A stretch of DNA of 64,000 nt from Bacteroidota bacterium (GTDB taxonomy: Bacteria > Bacteroidota > Ignavibacteria > UBA10030 > BY39). The first letter of the stretch is position 1. Each line of letters starts with the position of its first letter. Of the stretch, positions 39,282-49,686 are shown in pieces. The position numbers were made by a program, and so were the translations under genes. The notes under the pieces were generated by a model. The model saw only the letters and a program-made list of their open reading frames with translations, did not search any database and had not been told where the DNA came from. Location of the stretch: NCBI GenBank assembly GCA_030017895.1, contig JASEGV010000002.1:25482-89481 (forward strand). The letters are read 5' to 3'.

Positions 39282-39776
39282 ATGGAAAAAGCATTCAAAT
39301 ACAAACTCGATTTCTACTACCAGCAAGCTTTAATTTATTTAATAACTCTGATATTATATGTTGGCTTGAAGGGTAGCTTTATAGAAGATTCTTTTTCACT
39401 CGTTTTCAAAGACCCTATTATTTATATAATACTATTTTTTGTTTTAGGATCGTTCATAATATTACTGTTGAATGTTATCCGTAAACGCAGGTTGATTATT
39501 GGTGAGGATAAAATAATTTTTTCTCACAAATTTCACCAGCACGAAGTGAACTTGTCCGATATTGAATGGATATACATCGGACGTGAGAGGTCGGTAAAGA
39601 CTGCCGGTAGGTCGCAGGTAATCGTGTTTAAGCTCAAAGGTCGTTTGCGCTTGTATCGCATTCGACTTGGAAGATACGAACATCAAAGAGAACTGCTTCA
39701 ATTATTAAATGAACGAGTAAAACAAATTCCGCATAAAAAACATTGGCGGGATACTATAAAACCTTATTATAGATAA
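39282..39776 (+). CDS. Small membrane protein with a bacterial PH-like domain, inserted between murG and murC
   Basis: 164 aa. Two TM helices, then IIGEDKIIFSHKF...VIVFKLKGRLRLYRIRL, which resembles the bPH fold. Confidence 0.45.
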   Translation: MEKAFKYKLDFYYQQALIYLITLILYVGLKGSFIEDSFSLVFKDPIIYIILFFVLGSFIILLLNVIRKRRLIIGEDKIIFSHKFHQHEVNLSDIEWIYIGRERSVKTAGRSQVIVFKLKGRLRLYRIRLGRYEHQRELLQLLNERVKQIPHKKHWRDTIKPYYR

Positions 39777-39780
39777 GAAT

Positions 39781-41166
39781 ATGTTTTCATCAATTAAAAA
39801 AATTCATTTTGTGGGAATTGGCGGTATCGGAATGAGCGGTATTGCTGAAATCCTGCTCGACCAAAATTTCATAGTCAGCGGCTCCGATAAGTCGCTGAGC
39901 GAAATTACCGAAAGGTTAGCAGAACTTGGCGCGGAAATTTTCGAAAATCATTCCGCCTCAAATATCAAAGATGATGTAGATGCACTAGTTTATTCTTCTG
40001 CGGTGCCTCTCGATAATCCTGAAGTCGTTGAAGCAAAGCGGAGAAAAATTCCGGTCATCCGCCGTTCTGAAATGCTTGCAGAGGTAATGCGCCTGAAATA
40101 CGGAATCGGTATCGCCGGAACTCACGGTAAAACCACTACAACTTCGATGGTCAGTTTGGTTCTGTTAGAGGGCGGCTTAGACCCGACTGTAATTGTGGGT
40201 GGCAGGCTTGACGGATTTGGTGGTTCGAATGCGCGGCTCGGCAAAGGTGATTTCATCGTAGTAGAAGCTGACGAATTCGACCGCTCGTTTCTCTCGATAA
40301 CTCCAACAATTGCTGTCCTCACTACACTCGAGACCGACCATCTCGATTGTTACCGCGACCTTGAGGATATAAAAAGTGCCTTTGTTCAGTTTGTAAACAA
40401 AGTTCCTTTTTACGGTTTCGTTGTTTTGTGTTTAGATGAACCTGCTTTACAAGAAATTATGTCGCAATTATCCAAAAAGAAAATTATTACTTACGGGCTG
40501 AATCCGCAAGCCGATATACAAGCGGTTGATATAAAATTCCAAAAAGATAAATCTGAATTTACATTGTTGAAAGATCGGACCGAACTCGGGCGAGTAACGT
40601 TGAAAAGCCCCGGTGTTCACAATGTTCAAAACGCATTGGCAGCAATTAGTGTAGGAATTGAACTTGGAATTCCTTTCGAAAAAATAAAATCAGGTATTGA
40701 AAAATTTACAGGTGTTTACCGCAGGTGGGAAAAGAAAGGCGAAATAAACGGCATCAGTGTTTACGACGATTACGCACATCATCCCACAGAAAGTAAGGTA
40801 ACCCTTGCGGGTGCCAAACAAGGTTGGCGGCGACGTATTGTTTGCGTGTTCCAACCTCATCTTTACTCGCGCACGCGCGATTTCTATGAAGAATTTGGCA
40901 AATCATTTTTATTATCAGATGTTTTGGTTGTTACCGATGTTTATCCGGCGCGCGAAGAACCAATTCAAGGCGTTTCGGGTGAACTTATTACGAACGCAGC
41001 CAAGCAATTCGGGCATAAAGATGTTCATTATGTTCCAAATAAAATCGATGTGCCCAACTATCTGATGAAAATTGTAAAACCGGGCGATATAGTTATTACT
41101 ATGGGTGCCGGCGACATATACAAATACGGCAACGAATTTTTGAACAAATTAAAATCGGTGAATTAA
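39781..41166 (+). CDS. murC: UDP-N-acetylmuramate--L-alanine ligase
   Basis: 461 aa. HFVGIGGIGMSGIAE N-terminus and the GTHGKTTTT P-loop. Confidence 0.9.
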   Translation: MFSSIKKIHFVGIGGIGMSGIAEILLDQNFIVSGSDKSLSEITERLAELGAEIFENHSASNIKDDVDALVYSSAVPLDNPEVVEAKRRKIPVIRRSEMLAEVMRLKYGIGIAGTHGKTTTTSMVSLVLLEGGLDPTVIVGGRLDGFGGSNARLGKGDFIVVEADEFDRSFLSITPTIAVLTTLETDHLDCYRDLEDIKSAFVQFVNKVPFYGFVVLCLDEPALQEIMSQLSKKKIITYGLNPQADIQAVDIKFQKDKSEFTLLKDRTELGRVTLKSPGVHNVQNALAAISVGIELGIPFEKIKSGIEKFTGVYRRWEKKGEINGISVYDDYAHHPTESKVTLAGAKQGWRRRIVCVFQPHLYSRTRDFYEEFGKSFLLSDVLVVTDVYPAREEPIQGVSGELITNAAKQFGHKDVHYVPNKIDVPNYLMKIVKPGDIVITMGAGDIYKYGNEFLNKLKSVN

Positions 41167-41170
41167 TTTT

Positions 41171-42085
41171 GTGATTTCAATTGATGAAATAAAAAACTTT
41201 TTTCAAGGCAGCATTCTTGTTAACGAGCCGATGAGTAAATACACATCTATGCGTGTTGGCGGTCCGGCTGATTTACTGATTACGCCTGCCAATAAAGAAG
41301 ATGCTGTGAATTTAATTACTTATTTGCAAAAAAATATCATCGATTATATCGTAATTGGCAACGGCACGAATTTGTTAGTCAGCGACGACGGTGTTCGTAG
41401 TGTTGTAGTAAATTTTTCATCCGGACTGAATCAGATTAAGATCGAAAATAAATTAGTTAAAGCAGAAGCCGGAATTATTCTGGCGCGGTTCGTCGATTTT
41501 TGTATCCGCCAGAGCCGCGGCGGTGTCGAAAAATTAGCCGGCATACCCGGAACAATCGGCGGTGCTATACTAATGAACGCAGGTGCTTACGGTTCGCAAA
41601 TATCCGATTTTATATGCGAAATCGAAATTGTTAGAGACGGAGAGTTGCAAAAAATAAAAAAAGAAGATGCGAATTTCGGTTACCGCACTTCTGGTTTTGT
41701 AAACTCAGCAATAATCGGTGCGTCGTTTGATTTGCCCGATGGAAAAATAGATGAATTGCTGAGGACGAAGACCGATTACCTGCAACGCCGTAACCAGTCG
41801 CAGCCGCTGAATTTTCCTAATTCAGGCAGCATCTTTAAAAACCCTGAAGGCAATTATGCCGCTAAATTGATTGAAGAAGCGGGTCTGAAAGGTACGCGTC
41901 TTGGTGCTGCCCAGATTTCTGAAAAGCACGGAAATTTTATTGTTAATCTTGGCGATTGTTCGGCTAACGATATTATTCAATTGATTAACATTGTACGAAA
42001 AACTGTTTACTCAAAAAATAAAATAAAGTTAATTCCTGAAATCAAACTTGTAGGTTTTAATAACGAAGTACTCGATGAATTCTAA
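41171..42085 (+). CDS. murB: UDP-N-acetylenolpyruvoylglucosamine reductase
   Basis: 304 aa. FAD-binding MurB fold (RVGGPADLL, GNGTNLLVSD, SGSIFKNP). GTG start. Confidence 0.85.
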   Translation: MISIDEIKNFFQGSILVNEPMSKYTSMRVGGPADLLITPANKEDAVNLITYLQKNIIDYIVIGNGTNLLVSDDGVRSVVVNFSSGLNQIKIENKLVKAEAGIILARFVDFCIRQSRGGVEKLAGIPGTIGGAILMNAGAYGSQISDFICEIEIVRDGELQKIKKEDANFGYRTSGFVNSAIIGASFDLPDGKIDELLRTKTDYLQRRNQSQPLNFPNSGSIFKNPEGNYAAKLIEEAGLKGTRLGAAQISEKHGNFIVNLGDCSANDIIQLINIVRKTVYSKNKIKLIPEIKLVGFNNEVLDEF

Positions 42086-42853
42086 ATGACACTGAAAACC
42101 ACATACTTAATCTTTTTTGTGTTGATAATAATTTTATTCTTTCTCCTGTGCGGATTTGCTAACCAATGGAAGCAAATTATTGTAGTAGAAAAAGTAGAAG
42201 TGCAGGGTATATATATTCTTCCTGAAAGAGATGTTGTAAAATTGGCTGCTATCAAATTCGGTACTCCGATTTTTGAGATTAACCTCGACAACATACGAAC
42301 AGAGCTTTTGCGTAATGAATACATTGAAGAAGCAAATATCAGCAGGAGCTTTTCGGGAACACTGCATCTTGTAATTCGCGAAAGGAAGCCAATCGGTTCG
42401 TTGATGTTCAATAAAATGTGGTACGTTGATGGTGATGGTACTTTGTTGAGTAAAATTCCCGCGAGTGTGGTTCTGGACCTTCCAATAATTTCAGGAGTAA
42501 GGCTTGAACCGGAAAAAATAAAAGGGGGAACAGTAATTTCTTATACCGATGCTCAGACGGCTATTTCAATTTTAACGGAAGTAATGAAAATTGATGAAGA
42601 TTTGTATTTCTTAATTTCTGAAATAGATCTTAATTACGGAAAAGACATTATAATTCATTCGGCAGATTATGGTGTGCCGATAAATATAGGACGCGGTAAC
42701 TACACTCATAAGTTGAAATTGCTATCAGCTTTTTGGCAGAAGTATGTTGTTACACGCGATTCACAAAATTTAGAATCGGTAGATGTACGTTTTAAAAATC
42801 AACTTGTCGTAAAATGGAAAGAAGAACCCAAAGCAAAAGAAAGAACGATATAA
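42086..42853 (+). CDS. ftsQ: Cell division protein FtsQ (POTRA-containing)
   Basis: 255 aa bitopic protein with a POTRA domain, upstream of ftsA. Confidence 0.75.
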   Translation: MTLKTTYLIFFVLIIILFFLLCGFANQWKQIIVVEKVEVQGIYILPERDVVKLAAIKFGTPIFEINLDNIRTELLRNEYIEEANISRSFSGTLHLVIRERKPIGSLMFNKMWYVDGDGTLLSKIPASVVLDLPIISGVRLEPEKIKGGTVISYTDAQTAISILTEVMKIDEDLYFLISEIDLNYGKDIIIHSADYGVPINIGRGNYTHKLKLLSAFWQKYVVTRDSQNLESVDVRFKNQLVVKWKEEPKAKERTI

Positions 42854-42864
42854 AAAGGTATAAA

Positions 42865-44100
42865 ATGGAGAATGAAATTTTAGTAGGACTAGATATTGGC
42901 ACAACAAAAGTTTGTGCGGTTGTAGCAAAAATTGATGAACAATCTAATATAAATATTTTAGGTGTCGGATTAAGTCCATCTGATGGATTAACTCGTGGTG
43001 TTGTAACTAATATCGAAAAAACAGTACGTTCGATTAACAGCGCAATTGCCGAAGCTGAGACGAGGTCGGGCATTCAAATTCAATCTGTGATTGCCGGAAT
43101 AGCCGGCGAGCATATCCAAAGTTTTCAAAGCCGCGGTGTAATTGCAATAAGCAATCCCGAAAACGATATAGCTAAAGGTGATGTCGATCGCTTGATCGAA
43201 GATACAAAGCGTGTTGCTCTTCCCTCCGATAGAAAAATTATACACGTTATCCCGCAAGAGTTTATTATCGATGGACAAGATGGTGTGAAAGATCCGGTCG
43301 GAATGTCGGGTGTTCGGTTAGAAGCAAATGTACATATAATTACCGGTTTGATTTCGGCAGCTCAAAATATACACAAATGTGTCGAACGAGCCGGACTTCA
43401 AATTTATGATATGGTACTTGAACCGCTTGCTTCAAGTTATGCTGTTTTAGATGACGAAGAAAAGGAAGTTGGTGTTGCTTTGCTCGATATTGGCGGAGGG
43501 ACAACCGACCTTGCAGTATTCGAGGATAAAACAATTCGCCACACTGCTGTAATTCCCATTGCAGGTAATCAGGTTACAAACGACTTGCGAAAAGTGCTTG
43601 GAATTTTAACCGAGCAAGCAGAGAAGTTGAAATGCCAGAATGGTTTTGCTTACCTACCAAGCGTAGTTGATGATGGACCAATAATTCTTCCCGGAATCGG
43701 AGGCAGACCACCGTTAGAAGTGGATAAACGACTTGTAGCACAAATAATTCAGCCAAGAATGGAAGAGATTTTAGAGATTGCTTTATTGGAAATAAAACGA
43801 TCAGGATCATCTAAGCATTTAGGGGCAGGTATTGTACTGACCGGCGGTGGTTCGTTAATAAAAGGCACAGCAGAACTGGCAAAAGATGTATTGGGAATGC
43901 CTGTTAAAATTGGAATCCCTTCAGGATTTAAAGCTGGTTTAGTCCGCGAAGTCGAAAATCCGATATATGCTACAAGTGTTGGCTTGGTTTTGTACGGCTT
44001 ACGAAATCGTGCGCTCCGTTTATCCGGGCGTAATGGAAAGAAAAAAGGTTCAGTAAAAAAAGTTTACGAATTTATGAAAGACTGGTATAAGAATATTTAA
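42865..44100 (+). CDS. ftsA: Cell division protein FtsA
   Basis: Actin-like ATPase (LVGLDIGTTKVCAVVAK, DIGGGTTD). I moved the start to the ATG at 42865 (MENEILVGLDIGT...). Confidence 0.9.
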   Translation: MENEILVGLDIGTTKVCAVVAKIDEQSNINILGVGLSPSDGLTRGVVTNIEKTVRSINSAIAEAETRSGIQIQSVIAGIAGEHIQSFQSRGVIAISNPENDIAKGDVDRLIEDTKRVALPSDRKIIHVIPQEFIIDGQDGVKDPVGMSGVRLEANVHIITGLISAAQNIHKCVERAGLQIYDMVLEPLASSYAVLDDEEKEVGVALLDIGGGTTDLAVFEDKTIRHTAVIPIAGNQVTNDLRKVLGILTEQAEKLKCQNGFAYLPSVVDDGPIILPGIGGRPPLEVDKRLVAQIIQPRMEEILEIALLEIKRSGSSKHLGAGIVLTGGGSLIKGTAELAKDVLGMPVKIGIPSGFKAGLVREVENPIYATSVGLVLYGLRNRALRLSGRNGKKKGSVKKVYEFMKDWYKNI

Positions 44101-44139
44101 TTAATTAATTTTTTTAAAACAAAATAAGGAGATATAGAG

Positions 44140-45315
44140 ATGATAGAACTCGATTATAATTTTGACCGTGGTGCAAAAATCCGCGTCGTTGGTGTAGGCG
44201 GTGGCGGCGGAAATGCGATCAACAGTATGATTGATATGGGCTTGAATGGTGTAGATTTTTTTGTAATCAATACCGATTTACAAGCACTTGAAAGAAGCAA
44301 GGCGCCTAATAAAATTCAGGTCGGAAAAAATCTGACTCGCGGTTTAGGCGCCGGAGCCGATCCTCAAACCGGTATGCGTGCAGTCGAAGAAGACAGAGAC
44401 GAGTTAGCACGTGCTTTAGCTGGAAGTGATATGGTATTTGTTACAGCAGGTATGGGGGGTGGCACAGGTACTGGCGGTGCGCCAATCGTTGCCAACATTG
44501 CTAAAAGTATAAATGCGTTAGTAGTCGGAATTGTTACTAAACCGTTCAACGTCGAAGGTAAACATCGTATGGCGAATGCTGATGCCGGTCTCGAAGAACT
44601 GAAAAAGCATGTCGATACACTCATCATAATTCCGAATCAAAAATTAATTTCGATAGTTGACAGAGATACGCCGCTTACCGCAGCTTTCAATAAAGCCAAC
44701 GAAGTGTTATATAATGCAACCCGCGGTATCTCCGATATCATAACTGTTCCCGGATATGTTAACCGTGATTTTGCTGACATCAGAACAATTATGAAGGAAG
44801 CCGGCGATGCTTTAATGGGTACAGGCAGAGCCAATGGTGAAAATCGTGCAGTCGAAGCCGCTCACGCAGCAATTTCCAGTCCTTTACTCGACGGCGTTTC
44901 TATAGCAGGTGCACAAGGTGTTCTTGTTAATGTATGTGGCGGCCCCAATATGTCGCTTGTTGAAGCGGATGAAGCAGTTCAAGTAATTCACGATGCTGCC
45001 GGTGAAGATGCTAACATCATTATGGGATATGTTGTAGATGAATCTTTTGGCGACGATATAATGGTTACTGTTATCGCTACCGGTTTTAACCGACGCGGCA
45101 TAGGTTCTGTCCGTCCTGTCAAAAGAGATATTAAGATTGTAGAAAGAATTCCGGCAGGAATACAAGACATCAGAACATTGGATGAGCCGACAATAATCAG
45201 AAAAGGTATTGATCTACATTCCCAGATTCACAAAGCGTCAATCATCGAGGATCAGGAACGGATATTCAAAACCGATTCAAGCAAACCGGCATTTTTAAGA
45301 AAAATTATGGACTGA
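44140..45315 (+). CDS. ftsZ: Cell division GTPase FtsZ
   Basis: 391 aa. GVGGGGGNAIN and the tubulin signature AGMGGGTGTGGAP. Confidence 0.95.
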   Translation: MIELDYNFDRGAKIRVVGVGGGGGNAINSMIDMGLNGVDFFVINTDLQALERSKAPNKIQVGKNLTRGLGAGADPQTGMRAVEEDRDELARALAGSDMVFVTAGMGGGTGTGGAPIVANIAKSINALVVGIVTKPFNVEGKHRMANADAGLEELKKHVDTLIIIPNQKLISIVDRDTPLTAAFNKANEVLYNATRGISDIITVPGYVNRDFADIRTIMKEAGDALMGTGRANGENRAVEAAHAAISSPLLDGVSIAGAQGVLVNVCGGPNMSLVEADEAVQVIHDAAGEDANIIMGYVVDESFGDDIMVTVIATGFNRRGIGSVRPVKRDIKIVERIPAGIQDIRTLDEPTIIRKGIDLHSQIHKASIIEDQERIFKTDSSKPAFLRKIMD

Positions 45316-45439
45316 AATCTGAAAAAATAAACATTCACGGAGTCGGTATTAGAAAGAAAGAAAAAATTCCGTCGCCAAACTACTATACGAAAAAATGTTG
45401 TTCTAAATAAAATATCATTAACTAATTTATGAGGTTCTT

Positions 45440-47398
45440 ATGAAACAATGTTTTGTATTAGCTGTAATTTTAGGATTTCTTTTTACATTCGCAGTATTTG
45501 CCCAGCAATTAGAAATCCATCACATCAATGTCGGACAAGCCGATGCGACATTGATCAAGTCGCCAACAGGCATTACGGTCTTAATTGATGGTGGCAATAC
45601 GGGAAATGGAACAAATATTATTCGACCCTATTTAACTTCACTCGGTATTACGTATCTCAATTATGTAATATGTTCACATTATCATGCCGACCACATAGGT
45701 GGTTTAGATGAAGTGATAAATGGAATGGGCGCTTCTAACATCGGTGCGGTATATGACAGAGGACGCGATGCACCGCTCCCGACTACAGTCGCATTTACTG
45801 ATTATGAAATTGCTGCTAATTCAACCGGTCGCCGATATAAAGTTGTACTCGGTCAAGTACTCGATCTTGGCGGGGGGTTAACAATGAAATGTGTAGCTAC
45901 TGACGGAGAAGTAATAAATTATGGGCTAGTACCCAATGCTACAAAAAGCGAAAATGATTTAAGCGTCGGCTGGCTTTTAAATTATTTATCATTCCAGTAT
46001 TTTACTGGAGGCGATTTAGGAGGTGAAACTACATATTATGCCGACAACGAAACACCTCTCGCACCTCAAGTAGGTAATGTTGACGCTTTTAAAATCAATC
46101 ATCACGGAAGTCAGTACAGTACCAATCAAACTTTTGTGAATACACTCAGTTCTGAAGTTTGTATCATTCCGGTTGGTACTAACACATACGGTCATCCAAC
46201 ACAAGTAGTACTCGACCGTCTTGCAACAGCAAATAGTTATATATATCAAGTTGCAACTGGTTCAGGAGGAACAATCCCCTTTGGAAAAGGAGTTGTTGCA
46301 AACGATCATGTCATCTTGAAAACTTCGGGTAGCAATTATACAATTTCTTATGGTGCAACAACTCATACATATCCCGGCGACGGACGTTTGGTCGATACGT
46401 TTGCCGATGGTAACTTTACTTCGTATCCTGTGTGGGGTGGAACAACATCCACTTGGTCTCTGATAACCAGCAGCGATGTTGCTGCAGGAGCAACAAACTC
46501 CAACACATTACGTTTGAATGTTACAACTGCAGTTGTAGGAACACAATATTTAAGTACACAACGAACTGCCACATGGGGGACATCTCAATCGTGGTCTTTC
46601 TGGTTGGGGCGGCGCCTGCAAGCCGCTACTGTCGCCAATCATAATATCGTTTGGTTGTGGGCAAACGAAGCAAATTTAGTATCATCTACAGTTGATGGGT
46701 ATCGTATCCGTTTCGGCGATGACTCAGGCGGCGATAATATAGTTTTACAAAGTGTAACAAATGGAGTGGCAACGGATATCATAACTTCTTCAGGTACTGT
46801 TCCAAACGCTTTAACAGATATTGGATTTATGGTTCGTGTAACGCGCACGAGCAGTTCGGGTTGGACAGTTTACACATCTGCACTTCCTACAGCAAACGGT
46901 ACCGGAGCTGTTGCAACCGCTTTGCCGACTGCAGCGAATACGTCAGTGAATCAGGGCAGTGTAACAAATTCCACATACACAAATTTTACAAACGGATATT
47001 TTGGATTTACTGCAGTCCATTCGTCTGGTGCGGATGCGCGTGCAGGCGCGGAGTTTGACCAACTTTATTTTGACATCAGCAGCGGTTCACCACTCGGCAA
47101 ACCGGTTATTATTGCAGAAAACAATGCCCAACCATTTAGTTTTCAATTGTCTCAGAACTTTCCCAATCCCTTCAATCCAGCTACGGTGATCAAATACCAA
47201 ATTCCCGACGCAGGTATTGTTAATTTAAAAATATACGATTTGTTAGGAAGAGAAGTTGCTACTTTAGTTAATGGATTTGTAGATGCCGGTTCTCACGAAG
47301 TTGTATGGGATGCTGCAAATTATCCAAGCGGCGTTTATGTGTATAGATTATCAACTAGAAATCATTACAAAATTAATAAAATGATGTTAATAAAATAA
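45440..47398 (+). CDS. T9SS-secreted metallo-beta-lactamase-fold hydrolase (ComEC-like MBL domain) with a Por C-terminal sorting domain
   Basis: 652 aa with a signal peptide. The MBL motifs are HINVGQADATL...IDGG...SHYHADHIGG. The C-terminal T9SS domain is FPNPFNPATVIKYQIP...SGVYVYRL. Confidence 0.75.
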   Translation: MKQCFVLAVILGFLFTFAVFAQQLEIHHINVGQADATLIKSPTGITVLIDGGNTGNGTNIIRPYLTSLGITYLNYVICSHYHADHIGGLDEVINGMGASNIGAVYDRGRDAPLPTTVAFTDYEIAANSTGRRYKVVLGQVLDLGGGLTMKCVATDGEVINYGLVPNATKSENDLSVGWLLNYLSFQYFTGGDLGGETTYYADNETPLAPQVGNVDAFKINHHGSQYSTNQTFVNTLSSEVCIIPVGTNTYGHPTQVVLDRLATANSYIYQVATGSGGTIPFGKGVVANDHVILKTSGSNYTISYGATTHTYPGDGRLVDTFADGNFTSYPVWGGTTSTWSLITSSDVAAGATNSNTLRLNVTTAVVGTQYLSTQRTATWGTSQSWSFWLGRRLQAATVANHNIVWLWANEANLVSSTVDGYRIRFGDDSGGDNIVLQSVTNGVATDIITSSGTVPNALTDIGFMVRVTRTSSSGWTVYTSALPTANGTGAVATALPTAANTSVNQGSVTNSTYTNFTNGYFGFTAVHSSGADARAGAEFDQLYFDISSGSPLGKPVIIAENNAQPFSFQLSQNFPNPFNPATVIKYQIPDAGIVNLKIYDLLGREVATLVNGFVDAGSHEVVWDAANYPSGVYVYRLSTRNHYKINKMMLIK

Positions 47399-47409
47399 GA
47401 GAGGGTTAA

Positions 47410-49200
47410 ATGAAAAAACTAATAGCTTTAATCACGCTATTAACAGTATTAAGTACTGTTAATTCACAAGAACCACTTTCGTTCCGCAATAAGGCGCTGG
47501 GTGGGATAGTGTCTGACAATCTGGATCTTATTTACGACCCGATTGAATTACGATTTGTAGATACTCTGCACTTATACACCAATCTCAGTAATTTAACAAG
47601 TGGGTATGAAGAGATTTTCAATAATCTTACTGACAATGAGTTGTTGTTAGGCGCTTCTCGACAAAACCCATTTTACAATAAGCACTAGCTTTCTGCTTTG
47701 GTCAGGTTTAAAAAATCTAAATCACCACGTTTTTTAGGGATGGATACTGATTTAAATGGTGGAAACGATTTTTGGGGGAATGGTGAAATTGAAAGCGAGT
47801 TCACGCATTATTATGATGCCTTGCCACCTTTTAATGGATTATACGATTTGAGAAGAACCATATATCAGAAAAAATATTCTGTATATCAAAATGATGGTTA
47901 TGGTTTTATTATTAACAACAGTTTTTTGCTACAAGATTACACACTCGGTTTAAAGTTAACAATCGGAAATTGGGGTAACGAAAATAATGATGCATCAATG
48001 TCATTAGGTTCGAGAAGGAATATGTTATATGGTGTATGGTGGACTGACGCGTCTTTCAGTCGCTCAGTAGATGAGTATTACCTCGATTCAAACTATTCGC
48101 GTCTCAGATGGTCGGAGGCGGGAGTTTTTAAAACGACGAATGATAATCCTTATTTTCGCATGATGGCTTCAATTATGAAACCGATGTGGGGATATGAACT
48201 GCGAGGCGATTTGAATTTTTACACTATCGATAACGCAATGAAAACAAATGATTTATACACCGGAGGTTTTGAATATTTCAGTCCAACGATAACCGGTTAT
48301 GCACGAAGATATTCTGAAAGTGATATGTTTAAGCGTGAACAGAGTCGTGATGGAACAGGATTGGGTTTGGGGATCTCTGCCCGCCGTACATTTAATCAAC
48401 AAAATGAACGGAGGAATGATGGATTTGTATTAATAGGATTTTCTGCCGTGTTTGAATCCTTTGATTACGATGATGCGACATCCAGAGACTTTTCAAGTAG
48501 TGAAAAAGTATACGACGGAACCGGAGGGTCAATCGATTTTGAACAATCTGTTATTAATAAAAACCAAACAGGCGATGATGGAATAGGTTCAACGAATATT
48601 CTTAACTTCGTATCCAGATTTAATATACCACTCATTGAGGGTGTCCATTTTGGACTTGGAGGATATTATTCAATCTATTCTACAAAAATTGAGACGAACT
48701 ATATTGAGGAAGTTAAAAACACGACCAACTACGAGCGCACAGATGGTGTCCCAAATGCATTGGATATGGTGAGGACGGAAACCTTCAGTCAGACCGCCAA
48801 TCGAACGATGAAAGACTATCTAACAATCTTAACTATCCCAGTCGGTATCGAATACCGTTTTACTGAAAGCAAAGCTTGGGCACTAAGATTCGGGTCGGTT
48901 TTCCGATACATAAACCAAACAAACGACGAGGAAAAGAAAATAAAAAATGCAGAACCCTGGATAAATAAAATAGTTTATGGAGACGGAACGTCAACAACAA
49001 CCACTAACGCTAACCGCTATCTTTCGTATGCTGAACACAGCTCAGAAAGCAACAGCAATACGCTTTTAACATACGGACTCGGTTGGAATCCAACCCAAAA
49101 TCTTCAGATTGATATACTTACTTATTTTGATACAAGAAACTATGATACAATTATCCAATATCTAAAGAGTCTTCACCTCTCGTTTGTGCTGAAGATTTGA
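47410..49200 (+). pseudogene. Outer-membrane-protein-like gene interrupted by a single in-frame TAG (47686-47688). A signal-peptide exon of 92 aa is followed by a 500-aa body in the same frame.
   Basis: ORFs 47410..47688 and 47698..49200 share a reading frame and are separated only by the codon TAG. The first ORF has a signal peptide (MKKLIALITLLTVLSTVNSQE). The second ORF begins at a non-ATG (TTG) codon with no ribosome-binding-site context of its own. Confidence 0.5.
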
Positions 49201-49233
49201 TTGGATGTGTGAAACTAAAAAAAGGAACCTATT

Positions 49234-49680
49234 ATGAATGCCAAAAAAATATTGGAATTAAAGGATAATAAAATCTATCAAATCCGGGAGGAGGCAGTTG
49301 TTTTTGAAGCGATAGAAGAATTGACGAAAAATAAAGTCGGGTTGCTGATCGTGAATAACTCGAACGGCGATATTTCAGGCGTCATCTCAGAGCGCGACAT
49401 AATACAAAAATGTGTTTATCAAAAAAAAGATCCGTTGCATATGAAAGTTAGTGAAATTATGACTCCTCGCGAGAAAATAGTTGTCGCCGCAGAAGAAGAT
49501 GATATTCAAAGTCTAATGAACACGATGAATGAAAAAAGAATCAGGCACCTTCCGGTATTCAGAGGCAAAGAAATGACAGGCGTTATTTCGATTGGCGATA
49601 TTATAAAAAATATGCTCGAGATAAAGGATTACGAAATTAAATCTTTGATAGAATACATTTCTGGAAAATATCCGAGATAA
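49234..49680 (+). CDS. CBS-pair domain protein
   Basis: 148 aa with two CBS motifs (LIVNNSNGDISGVISERDI; VFRGKEMTGVISIGDI). Confidence 0.8.
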   Translation: MNAKKILELKDNKIYQIREEAVVFEAIEELTKNKVGLLIVNNSNGDISGVISERDIIQKCVYQKKDPLHMKVSEIMTPREKIVVAAEEDDIQSLMNTMNEKRIRHLPVFRGKEMTGVISIGDIIKNMLEIKDYEIKSLIEYISGKYPR

Positions 49681-49686
49681 ATATTT

